Shown here piece after piece: positions 1-12,500 of a DNA stretch of 64,000 bases. A program made the position numbers and the translations under genes. The DNA comes from Blepharisma stoltei ATCC 30299 (lineage: Eukaryota; Protista; Ciliophora). A model generated the notes under the pieces. That model was not told the origin of the DNA and searched no databases. It saw only the letters and a list, made by a program, of their open reading frames with translations. The stretch is taken from contig CBFDEM010000013.1 of the NCBI GenBank assembly GCA_965603825.1, positions 1-64,000 of the forward strand. Direction: 5' to 3'. The first letter of the stretch is position 1, and every line of letters starts with the position of its first letter.

Positions 1-3000
1 AACAACACCCTAACACCCTAACACCCTAAACACCCTAACACCCTAACACCCTAACACCCTAACACCCTAACACCCTACACCCTAGACACCCTAACACCCT
101 AACACCTAACACCCTAACACCCTAACACCCGAACACCTAACACCCTAACACCCTAACACCCTAACACCCTAACACCCTAACACCCTAACACCCTAACACC
201 CTAACACCCTAACACCCTAACACCCTAACACCCTAACACCCTAACACCCTAACACCCTAACACCCTAACACCCTAACACCCTAACACCCTAACACCCTAA
301 CACCCTAACACCCTAACACCCTAACACCCTAACACCCTAACACCCTAACACCCTAACACCCTAACACCCTAACACCCTAACACCCCTAACACCCTAACAC
401 CCTAACACCTACCCTAACACCCTAACACCCTAACACCCTAACACCCTAACACCCTAACACCCTAACACCCTAACACCCTAACACCCTAACACCCTAACAC
501 CCTAACACCCTAACACCCTAACACCCTAACACCCTAACACCCTAACACCTACACCCTAACACCCTAACACCCTAACACCCTAACACCCTAACACCCTAAC
601 ACCCTAACACCCTAACACCCTAACACCCTAACACCCTAACACCCTAACACCCTAACACCCTAACACCCTAACACCCTAACACCCTAACACCCTAACACCC
701 TAACACCCTAACACCCTAACACCCTACACCCTAACACCCTAACACCCTAACACCCTAACACCCTAACACCCTAACACCCTAACACCCTAACACCCTAACA
801 CCCTAACACCCTAACACCCTAACACCCTAACACCCTAACACCCTAACACCCTAACACCCTAACACCCTAACACCCTAACACCCTAACACCCTAACACCCT
901 AACACCCTAACACCCTAACACCCTAACACCCTAACCACACCCTAACACCCTAACACCCTAACACCCTAACACCCTAACACCCTAACACCCTAACACCCTA
1001 ACACCCTAACACCCAACACCCTAACACCCTAACACCCTAACACCCTAACACCCTAACACCCTAACACCCTAACACCCTAACACCCTAACACCCTAACACC
1101 CTAACACCCTAACACCCTAACACCCTAACACCCTAACACCCTAACACCCTAACACCCTAACACCCTAACACCCTAACACCCTAACACCCTAACACCCAAC
1201 ACCCTAACACCCTAACACCCTAACACCCTAACACCCCTAACACCCTAACACCCTAACACCCTAACACCCTAACACCCTAACACCCTAACACCCCTAACAC
1301 CCTAACACCCTAACACCCTAACACCCTAACACCCTAACACCCTAACACCCTAACACCCTAACACCCTAACACCCTAACCACCCTAACACCCTACACCCAC
1401 CCCTAACACCCTAACACCCTAACACCCTAACACCCTAACCACCCTAACACCCTAACACCCTAACACCCTAACACCCTAACACCCTAACACCCTAACACCC
1501 TAACACCCTAACACCCTAACACCCTAACACCCTAACACCCTAACACCCTAACACCCTAACACCCCTAACACCCTAACACCCTAACACCCTAACACCCTAA
1601 CACCCTAACACCCCTAACACCCTAACACCCTAACACCCTAACACCCTAACACCCTAACACCCTAACACCCCTAACACCCCTAACACCCTAACACCCTAAC
1701 ACCCTAACACCCTAACACCCTAACACCCTAACACCCTAACACCCTAACACCCTAACACCCTAACACCCTAACACCCTAACACCCTAACACCCTAACACCC
1801 TAACACCCTAACACCCTAACACCCTAACACCCTAACACCCTAACACCCTAACACCCTAACACCCTAACACCCTAACACCCTAACACCCTAACACCCTAAC
1901 ACCCTAACACCCTAACACCCTAACACCCTAACACCCTAACACCCTAACACCCTAACACCCTAACACCCTAACACCCTAACACCCTAACACCCTAACACCC
2001 TAACACCCTAACACCCTAACACCCTAACACCCTAACACCCTAACACCCTAACACCCTAACACCCTAACACACCCTAACACCCTAACACCCTAACACCCTA
2101 ACACCCTAACACCCTAACACCCTAACACCCTAACACCCTAACACCCTAACACCCTAACACCCTAACACCCTAACACCCTAACACCCTAACACCCTAACAC
2201 CCTAACACCCTAACACCCTAACACCCTAACACCCTAACACCCTAACACCCTAACACCCTAACACCCTAACACCCTAACACCCTAACACCCTAACACCCTA
2301 ACACCCTAACACCCTAACACCCTAACACCCTAACACCCTAACACCCTAACACCCTAACACCCTAACACCCTAACACCCTAACACCCTAACACCCTAACAC
2401 CCTAACACCCTAACACCCTAACACCCTAACACCCTAACACCCTAACACCCTAACACCCTAACACCCTAACACCCTAACACCCTAACACCCTAACACCCTA
2501 ACACCCTAACACCCTAACACCCTAACACCCTAACACCCTAACACCCTAACACCCTAACACCCTAACACCCTAACACCCTAACACCCTAACACCCTAACAC
2601 CCTAACACCCTAACACCCTAACACCCTAACACCCTAACACCCTAACACCCTAACACCCTAACACCCTAACACCCTAACACCCTAACACCCTAACACCCTA
2701 ACACCCTAACACCCTAACACCCTAACACCCTAACACCCTAACACCCTAACACCCTAACACCCTAACACCCTAACACCCTAACACCCTAACACCCTAACAC
2801 CCTAACACCCTAACACCCCTAACACCCTAACACCCTAACACCCTAACACCCTAACACCCTAACACCCTAACACCCTAACACCCTAACACCCTAACACCCT
2901 AACACCCTAACACCCTAACACCCTAACACCCTAACACCCTAACACCCTAACACCCTAACACCCTAACACCCTAACACCCTAACACCCTAACACCCTAACA

Positions 3001-3844
3001 CCCTAACACCCTAACACCCTAACACCCTAACACCCTAACACCCTAACACCCTAACACCCTAACACCCTAACACCCTAACACCCTAACACCCTAACACCCT
3101 AACACCCTAACACCCTAACACCCTAACACCCTAACACCCTAACACCCTAACACCCTAACACCCTAACACCCTAACACCCTAACACCCTAACACCCTAACA
3201 CCCTAACACCCTAACACCCTAACACCCTAACACCCTAACACCCTAACACCCTAACACCCTAACACCCTAACACCCTAACACCCTAACACCCTAACACCCT
3301 AACACCCTAACACCCTAACACCCTAACACCCTAACACCCTAACACCCTACACCCTAACACCCTAACACCCTAACACCCTAACACCCTAACACCCTAAACA
3401 CCCTAACACCCTAACACCCTAACACCCTAACACCCTAACACCCTAACACCCTAACACCCTAACACCCTAACACCCTAACACCCTAACACCCTAACACCCT
3501 AACACCCTAACACCCTAACACCCTAACACCCTAACACCCTAACACCCTAACACCCTAACACCCTAACACCCTAACACCCTAACACCCTAACACCCTAACA
3601 CCCTAACACCCTAACACCCTAACACCCTAACACCCTAACACCCTAACACCCTAACACCCTAACACCCTAACACCCTAACACCCTAACACCCTAACACCCT
3701 AACACCCTAACACCCTAACACCCTAACACCCTAACACCCTAACACCCTAACACCCTAACACCCTAACACCCTAACACCCTAACACCCTAACACCCTAACA
3801 CCCTAACACCCTAACACCCTAACACCCTAACACCCTAACACCCT
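1..3844 (+). repeat. Telomeric repeat array (CCCTAACA)n, C-rich strand at the 5' end
   Basis: About 480 tandem copies of the 8-mer CCCTAACA, with occasional small indel variants, ending at ...CCCT|TTTGTTG. This is the known heterotrich (Stentor/Blepharisma) telomere repeat. Confidence 0.98.
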
Positions 3845-5382
3845 TTTGTTGTACTCGATCGTTATTGACTCTTTCTCAACAATTCCTTATGAGTTTGCAG
3901 AGAAGAAAAGAAAGATATTGATAAATGCAGAGAGACTGTATTTGATTGAATTTTATGGATCAATCTATGAAAGCGAAATTGGAAGCAACTCGAATTGGAG
4001 TCGAGTAGCAGAATCAAAAATGAATTGCTATCCTAAGCAAGTGTATTATTCATAATTCTGCTTTTTCTTAAAATATCTCAACTATTTCTGAATCGGCTAA
4101 AGAATATTATTATTTTAATTTAGATAAAACAATCGTTGTTGATATTGCTTACTATAATGAGAATGTTTCACTTAGAAGAGTAGGTCAAAAGATTAAAGCA
4201 ATAAAATGCGATGACCAGAATTTTAAGCTCGATCCTTGCAGTCAGGATGAATTTGATTTAAAATATATTACTTTAAACGATTTAGGAAAAATTCTAGAAG
4301 ATATCAAAAGCTTAGATAAAGCAATCAAACTTAATCCAAATTACGCCCCTCATTACTATAATAAAGGCAAAATTTTTAATGATTTAAAAAAATATCTAGA
4401 AGCAATCGAATGCTATGACGAAGCAATCAAACGCAACCCATTTGAAGCAGATTTTTATATGAATAAAGGCAATGCTTTTTATAATTTAGAAAGATATCTA
4501 GAAGCAAGCGAATGCTATGACGAAGCAATCAAACTCAATCAAAATGACGCGTTTTTATACTATGATAAAGGCAAAGCTTTTTATAATTTAGGAAGATATC
4601 TAGAATCAATTGAATGCTATGACAAAGCAATCAAACTCGATCCATACGATGCTGATTTTTACAATGAGAAAGGCAACTGTTTTTATATCTTAGAAAAATA
4701 TCTAGAAGCAAGTGAATGCTTTGATGAAGCAACCAAACTCAATCCAAGCTCCTCTTATTTTTACCATAATAAAGGTAGAACTTTTTATCATATAAAAAAT
4801 TATCTAAAAGCAATTGAATGTTATGACGAAGCAATCAAAATCAATCCAAATGACGCTTATTTTTATTATTATAAAGGCAGAGGGCTTTGTGATTTAAAAA
4901 AATATCTAGAAGCAATAGAATGCTATGACGAAGCAATCAAACTCGACCCAAACAATATGTATTTTTACTATTATAAAGGGAATGCTTTAAATGAACTTGG
5001 AAGATACTCAGAAGCAGTAGAAATCTATAGTCAAGTAATCAAAATGAATCCAAATGATGCCGATTTATATAATTGTATAGGCAATACTCTTTATATTTTA
5101 GGGAGATATCAAGAAGCAATAGAATACTATGATGAGGCAATTATTACACTTGTACCCAATAATCCTTTGTATTTCTGCAGCCGAGCAAGGGTATTTAATA
5201 AACTCAGACAAGAAGAAGCAGCATTGCAGGATTTTAATAGGGCTTATAATTTGATGCAAGAAAACCAAGAAAATGGTGTTTTCACTGGGGATGAATGAAA
5301 TCTTTCTGAAAAAGATATCAATTTTATTAACGACGTATTAAGCCGAGACCGTATAGAGCTACTCCAAAAAATGCAGATTTAG
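3845..5382 (+). pseudogene. 5'-truncated Kelch-like/TPR-repeat fusion gene (cut by the telomere, frame break at ~4053-4071)
   Basis: 3846-4052 translates LLYSIVIDSFSTIPYE...ILINAERLYLIEF..IYESEIG, collinear with the C-terminal part of the Kelch-like gene at 5792. After a stop and frame change, frame 1 is open from 4072 to TAG 5380-5382 (TGA 5296 read as W) and carries ~9 TPR units (YxxKGxAxxxLxxYxEAIECYDEAIKLNP). Confidence 0.75.
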
Positions 5383-5791
5383 AATAAAATTTGGTTAAAT
5401 AAGTCATCACATAATAATTATATAATCTCCTAATTAGTTTATACAACACTGAAAGTGAAAAGAAAAGTACTGGAAATCCAGAAATATTAGACTGAAGCAA
5501 AGCATAGCCTAAGATCAAAATAATGAAGTATTCAGCTTCCCCAAAGCTTATCGTACTTATGGAATTGCATTGATAGGAATCTAAAAAATTCTGCCATCTG
5601 GATGCATAAATCTAATAATATCGGACTATCTTGACTCTAGAAAGGTGGCCTAAGCTGGGTGCGTATCCACTAGGGTACAAATGATGGAATGCTAATTAAA
5701 ACTCTAAAAATAGTTTCCCAATATTCTTGCTTTCTCATGAATAAGAAAATTAACATTGCAAGAGTGTTGATAAGTTACTAAAATTGATAAA

Positions 5792-6799
5792 ATGGAGCTT
5801 AAATTTTATTTCAACTTGCTTAATTTTCAGCTAAGCCCTAGTAGCAACTTCCTATATAGTGAAACAGCAAACGCTCCAAGCCTGCTCAATCAAAACACAG
5901 ATAATCAAATATTAACACCTGATGAACTAATAATTAAAAGATCTTTCATTTTAAGCAGTAGAAATAATTCTGAAATCGAGAGAGATTTCAGAAGAATATG
6001 CTTAATGAATGATAACTGTTCTATTTCTAGCCCGGAGCTCAGCTATGCTTATAAAGAATATATAAAAGCTTACCATCAAACTACATCTATTTATTTTCTT
6101 AGAAGAATTAGCAATAGAACTGAATTGGTGATTTATGACAGTGAAAGTGAAGTAGAAGAAATCAAGATTTTAGAAACATCAGAAGTTTTAAGCGCTGAAA
6201 TGTGCATTTCTCGACTTCCAAATGGCGAATTATTCTGTTTCGGCAATGGCAGAAATTCTCGGAATACCTTCAGAATTGATAGCGATTATAGAGTTAGTAG
6301 GTTACCATCTGGAGCACGCTGCTCGAACTCATCAGCTATCTATTTCAACAGAAATATCTATTGATTCGGAGGAATAGACTGAAATAATTGACCCTTGACT
6401 CTATCTAGAAGATTTGATTTAAATCAAAATAGATGAAAAAGTTTAGCACCTATGCCGCAAGCTGATGCTAACTGTACTAGTGTAATATTTTATGGAAATA
6501 TTTTGATTTCTGGATTCTATAATAGAAATATTCTGATTTATTCGCCTGATATAGACTCTTTTTCAATAATGAACTATGAGCTTGAAGTATGCCAGGTAAA
6601 GGTCCTTATTAATGCAGAAGAGAGGCTGTATCTGATAGAATTTAGCAATAACTTGTTTATTTATGAAAGTGAGGTAGGTGATGAATATTCTTTGAAGCTA
6701 ATAGTACACTCAACACATTACCATGTACCTTTCAGAACATATTGAACATACAATAAAGGAGGGATTTATATCCCTATTTCCATTTATAATGGGGATTAA
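5792..6799 (+). CDS. Kelch-repeat-like protein (335 aa with UGA=Trp)
   Basis: One frame once in-frame TGAs are read as W: LPNGELFCFG, IYWFGG, RRFDLNQNRWKSLAPMP, GNILISGF (Kelch GG/Y/W pattern). Ends at TAA 6797-6799. Start uncertain. Confidence 0.8.
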
Positions 6800-7900
6800 A
6801 ATTTTTTAGCTCCTTTACAACAACAGTGCTTTTTATGGAAAATATACCATTCTTTATATGAGTAAAACTGTCAGAATTTTGCTTATATTATACCATTATA
6901 TCAAGCACATAAACAGGTTTAAATATGAAGGCATTTCAAAAATAATTCTTATCACCTATTGATTATCCCAATCCTAGAGCGATCTTCTAAACTATTTCCA
7001 ATTTCCGATTCTGTGCCAAAATTTCAAAAAGGAATTATAAGCTAGGAAGAGAAATTGCAATCGATGAAAGTATGCCATTGAAAGTTTGTCATAACTAATT
7101 GCTTCACATGCCAAACAAACCAATAAAATGAGGATTCAACGTATTTGAATTGTGTGACTCAAAAAGTCTATTTATGAAATCATGAAATTTATCAAGATAT
7201 AGTCCGAGCGGCTTCCTGTCTGAACATAAAAGGTGCTTAGGCTATAAATCATTGAAAAGAAAATAATCTCGCAATATCTGTGATATTTAGACTGGTTGAG
7301 GAATTAAACTGAAATAATGAAAAAGGGAAAATTTCTAGCCTATAAGAGCTAGTGAAGAATCTCAGTTAAAGATTTAGTTCAGCACTCTAAACTAATTAAA
7401 AATCACTCTATAAGGGCAAATAAGCAATATCGGATGCTCTGGAAGTATAGGAATTAAGAATACAGAAAACCACTACTACAAGTTTTGCTTAAACGAAAAA
7501 GCAATAGTTGAATTAAGGGAAAATTAATTTAAAGTTAATAGCTTCTAGCAATCATGAACTCGATAATTGCCACCTGGAGTTTGAAATAATCATAAATTTA
7601 ATCCCAATAATAATTACTGGGAAGCACCAATTAGAAAAGAATTAAGACTTATATAAACCTTGTACAAATATTTTATTGATTCTGAATAGCCAAAAAGGAA
7701 CTCACTTGAGGAAATATGAAGAGTTCCTTTTTAGATATCAGAGCCTTTAAGAAATTTAGACAAGGAGATCTACCTATTTTTAGACAAATATATATTATTT
7801 TATAGGAATCAAAAATGGTTCATTACCCTTATCTACAAAATAATTGAAAGTGTCTGTGGTAATAGGTAAGTTATCCGAGAGGTGCAGACTTTGCATATAA
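6800..7900 (+). mobile_element. Degenerate PiggyBac-family (DDE_Tnp_1_7) transposase relic
   Basis: 7021-7170, frame 1: ISKRNYKLGREIAIDESMPLKVCHN*LLHMPNKPIKWGFNVFELCDSK, matching the PiggyBac IDE.M....MP.KP.KWG.K...LCD block around the first catalytic Asp (GAT 7063-7065). Later collinear remnants are VIFRLVEEL (~7280), SIRANK (~7405) and YRNQKWFITLIYKIIESVCGN (7801-7863, cf. RKWYKKLFF.L.D....N). Multiple stops and frameshifts. Boundaries are approximate. Confidence 0.75.
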
Positions 7901-8254
7901 GGGCATGATTTAGGCCAGCAGTTAGCTGCCCTATTAATTGCATATATAAAAGGTGTTATTAATTTTAATAGAAAGATCTCTCAGTGTACTTGTACTTCAG
8001 CTCAAAACCCATAAGATGAAGCTTCCATTCAAAACGAGTTTTTATTGCATTGTACTTTAGATTAATTCGGTTGTATGATCTAATTGAGAGAAATAATAGT
8101 GCCTTATAGAAGTCTTTGGAAAATGCTGAAGAATCATTATTTCTTTAGGTATTTTGATAATAGAGCTTAAAGGAATAGTAATTAGCTGTAAGCTGTATGA
8201 AATAATCATATTCAAGATTATTATATAAAAGTAAAATTGCGATATTTAGTATAT

Positions 8255-8629
8255 ATGGATAATTTTGCAAAATCTTTGATAGCTTCTCAAGACTTTCAAA
8301 TAGAAAAACTCCAAAATATTTTGAATAATGCAAAACAATTTAATTCAGAGAATATTCAATCACTTCTATCTACAAAATCAGAATTTTTATCACAATTTAA
8401 CGAAGACAAAGACATGCTCGAGGAAATGAGAAGAGAACTTGAAGCTGCTTATGAAAAAATTCAAAAATATGAAAATATTTTAACAAATATCGAAAGATTA
8501 TTAGATAAAGCAGAAATAGATGTTGCTGCTATTGAAGAATATGCATGGGGACCACAACAAGGCTATTTCAATGGAATTATGCAGACAATAAAATGGATAG
8601 CACCTTCTTTTAGTGCTAGAATTAATTAA
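8255..8629 (+). CDS. Small coiled-coil hypothetical protein
   Basis: ATG 8255 to TAA 8629, 124 aa, E/K/Q-rich heptad pattern. No recognisable family. Confidence 0.45.
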   Translation: MDNFAKSLIASQDFQIEKLQNILNNAKQFNSENIQSLLSTKSEFLSQFNEDKDMLEEMRRELEAAYEKIQKYENILTNIERLLDKAEIDVAAIEEYAWGPQQGYFNGIMQTIKWIAPSFSARIN

Positions 8630-9551
8630 CATACTTCTTTCTTATAAGTTCACTTAATCAATTTCCTTAATCATCTCAAATACTACCATTTATCGGCTAT
8701 ATATATAAATTACTGTTTCTAAGTGATTCATCTAAATAGGAAAAAATGTTTCTCTGATATCTGGATTATAGCTTCCTAATAAATAAAGTAGTGATATAAA
8801 AGATATCAAACTAAATTCAGTCCAGCACCAATAATCACAGGCATTTTTAAAATAAACTCCTATCAAAAATTAATGAAATTTATAAGCTTTGGGCAGAAAA
8901 TGAATCCCGATAATTTATGCTATAAAACCCAATCATCATATTTCATTCATTAATTAGTTATTTATTGAAAAACATTACTTAACTCTTTCGATGAGCTCTT
9001 CTGCCAAGCGTTATTGCATAGTTGAAATTATAACTAAGAAGGAAGCTAACGTTAGCTGGATCTCTAGCCCCCTATTCAACAAAGGTAGCTAACTTGTGTG
9101 TTAAAATCCTGGAACAGCATAAAGCTAATCGGATAAACTAAGCTCTACCTGGTGAATATAGAGAACTTACAGAGGTTTACAATAAGTAAAATCCTCAAAG
9201 CTTATTTGAAAACGTAAAACATGAAGCGCATAATCGTTAACACTAATTCTAAATCCTCTTGTATCAATTAAATGATATTTATTGTTTTACTAGCTTGATC
9301 AATTAAAATTCTATATTAAAAAAATAACCTGAAAAAATATTAAAAATAATAAAATTTTTTACCTGCTCTATTACAAAGAAACCATATACAAAAGACCTAA
9401 TTTGAAAAATATTTTGCATATTCATTTTTCAAAATAATTCTTAATTTAAAATACCATTCTTACATTTTTAATGTATTACAATACATTTCATTATTATATT
9501 TAATAATGATTTCTTGAATCTAATGAAGAAACTCTTTTAGTTGCAATAAAT

Positions 9552-12500
9552 ATGTCAACTCTGTTGTTTATACTTTTTCTTCCAGTATTTTCTTTAAATG
9601 ACACCAGCAGCCTTGGAGAACTCTATTTAAGTTACGGGGAATTTGTCCAGCTCTATTTATCAGAATATTTCGAAGGCAATTACTTGACATACTCTATAAC
9701 TCGAACAAACATGACAAACCAAGAGCTTCTTCTTCAGCATTCATACGATTTCAAATTTAATTCCTTCGTGCCTTATGCAAGCCCCACTCCAAACGAGGTC
9801 CGTATGAATTCCCGCTTAGGCTCGTTCCCCTCCTGGAGCAATGATGAAATTCAAGTCATTTTGGGTTTTCATCAAAATTTCATTTTATTATATAATTTAT
9901 CACTATCTACAGGGGATCTCCAAATAGCAGATCGCCAGCCTATCGAAACTGGGTATAATCTCCCAAAAATCTTACAAATTGAATTTATTCAAGATTTTGA
10001 TTCAATAGATCTCCCATCAAATTTAATCATATTGATGAGTCAATATGATGTAAACCAAACCCAGCCTAAGATGAGGCATGACGTCTATATGGCAGGCATA
10101 GACAATTTTAATAATATAGTACAAAAAATCTCGTTTGTGGGATTAAATGAAATTACTTATGCTTCAAAGGTAATGCTAAGCTCTGGGAGTTCATTGGATC
10201 ATTTGATAATTTATGGGGAATTTAGCGAAGAGAATGCTATTTTTGTGTATGATGTGACTAATCAAGAATCCCCCAAATTAATTCAAAAAATTCAGCAGTT
10301 TTTTATGTCTGAGGACCAGTTTTCAATCGCGAGCGTGATTTGGGAAGACGGTTTGCTTTATACTCTTGATACAAATTCTGGATTTATGGTATATGACATA
10401 ACATCAAAAGATGGACTGCTTAAAGAAGCAAAATATATTGATTTAAGTTTCTGTGGAAGTGCAAATAGCATGTGGCGCGACTGAAATCCTTTTGATGACA
10501 CCAAATTTACATTAAGCACTGAAAATGGATTTCTTATAGGAAATCTTCCAAATAGTATAAGTGGGTGGGTGCCAGGAATAGACTCAAATGGGACTTTTTC
10601 AGAAAGTTTGCTTACTCAATACGTTGGAGGTTTTTATTTTACTCAAACTTCAACTGATCAGCTCACAGTAATCTCAAATTTTTATAGTAGCCCCAGAATT
10701 TTATTCCAGGTGAGCATTGGTGAAGAAGTTGGCGATACCTATTATGAAGGAGGCCAATGGAGCATATTTCAAAACCCAGAAACCAAACTTTTTTATTATA
10801 TAAGAAATGACGATGATGGAATTCGAGTATTTACAATTAATATAACTGACTGAAATCTCTGGATTTCAGGTGACTCGTCTTATTATGCTAATATTGCTGC
10901 TGAATCCGAAAACTCTGGCCATAAAACAATTAATACCATCACTGTGCATTCAATTCCTGCAGACTCCCAAGAAATTTTGAAAGCTCATAACCATAGACCT
11001 ACAGTGATTGATCCAATTGAAGTTTCTTTTGTGGGAGACTCTTCAGAGCTAGTTTTAACCCCAACATCATATTTCTCAGGACCAAATATGACTTTTACAT
11101 TACAAGCATCGATTCCTGAGTATTTTGAGGTTTCTTCGTCTCCTATCAAAAAGCTCAGTTTATTTTCAAGCACAAGTTTGCCTGAAAATGTCACAAATAT
11201 TGAGATTATTGAAGATGGAATTTATTATTTTTATGAGAATGGACTTAGATATGAATCATTTGCAGATCCATATTATGATGGTTTTTTGATTGTATCTAAC
11301 CCTTTAAAAGTGACTAGAAATATGGCTGGCACATTGGTTTATTGAAAAATGGATGATAAATTTTATATATCTTCTTTCCCTCCTAATATGAATACCTCAA
11401 TTCAGTATTGGAATACAGAAATTGAATGCTTGTATTTTTTTATGAATAATGAAAATTTAATCTGTGCAGATCAAACACAAATAGATGCTTATGAATTTCA
11501 ATTTCAAGCTATATTCATAAGCAAATTTTCTATTAGAGGAGAAGATTTTGATGGTGGATATCAATGAAATATTACTGGCTTGAAATCTTATACACCTTCC
11601 GATTCCCAGAATGTTTATTTATTGCTTTTGAATAATAATGAAATTTTATATGAAATCAATATGATAGAAATAAAAGAAAGCAAACCTTTATATAGCTATT
11701 GAGCCCAAAATTATGTTCCTCAAGATGTTTTTGGGTTTACTGCTTCTGAATCAATGCTATATTTTGTTCTAAACGATGGAACGATATATGCATTCAATTT
11801 TGCTTTAAAATATGAGAGAATAATCCCTACAAATGCTGATGGGCAGATTATTTCGCTAAGTAACGTAAAAGATGAATTATTTATATATTCAGGAAACGAA
11901 TTATATATATACAATTGTGATCAGCCAGTTCATAATACGCTATTTTCATCCATTCATATAAATCAAGGATGTTTAACTTCAATTTCTGAAGCAGACAGTA
12001 TTGGAGCTTACATTGGTATCTTATGCCCAGATAAAAATGTGAAAAACCTTGAAATATATTCTGTGGTGTGCCCAAATGCTGATTCTTCATCAAGTGTAGA
12101 TGGTGAGTGTATTCTCCTAAGTAATATTGAAATTAAAATTGGAATGCCTAAGGAGGTTTCTGACATTATGGCTCATGGAAAATATTCAATTATAGCTCAA
12201 AATGGATTCAGCTCAACCCAAGTGGATATTCCGCTGACTTTTATATTAGATGGAGAATTAATATGGTTCAAATCCCAATACTGGGACATATCAAAAGATG
12301 TCCCATACAACAAAGCCGAGAAAATTGACCTAAGTGAAATATTTTTTGGACAAGGACTCAGGACGAAAATCAATATAAATGGCTTATATATTGAAAGTAA
12401 TATAACACAAGGGACGCCAGCTTATGTCACTGATAGAATTCAGGAGAATGGATTTTATAACTCAACAGCCTCAGATATGTTTTACTCGCATACTATTATT

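Noticed and set aside
4300-5200. Regularly spaced direct repeats resembling a CRISPR array
   Set aside because: The 102-nt periodicity is in-frame TPR coding sequence in a eukaryotic genome.
6796-6810. TTAA as the target-site duplication and left end of an intact PiggyBac element
   Set aside because: No C-rich terminal inverted repeat follows it and I found no matching right end. TTAA is very common in this AT-rich DNA.
8990-9240. 14-bp palindrome AGCTAACGTTAGCT (9044-9057) and a short broken reading frame
   Set aside because: No recognisable homology. It is compatible with chance or an unidentifiable gene remnant.
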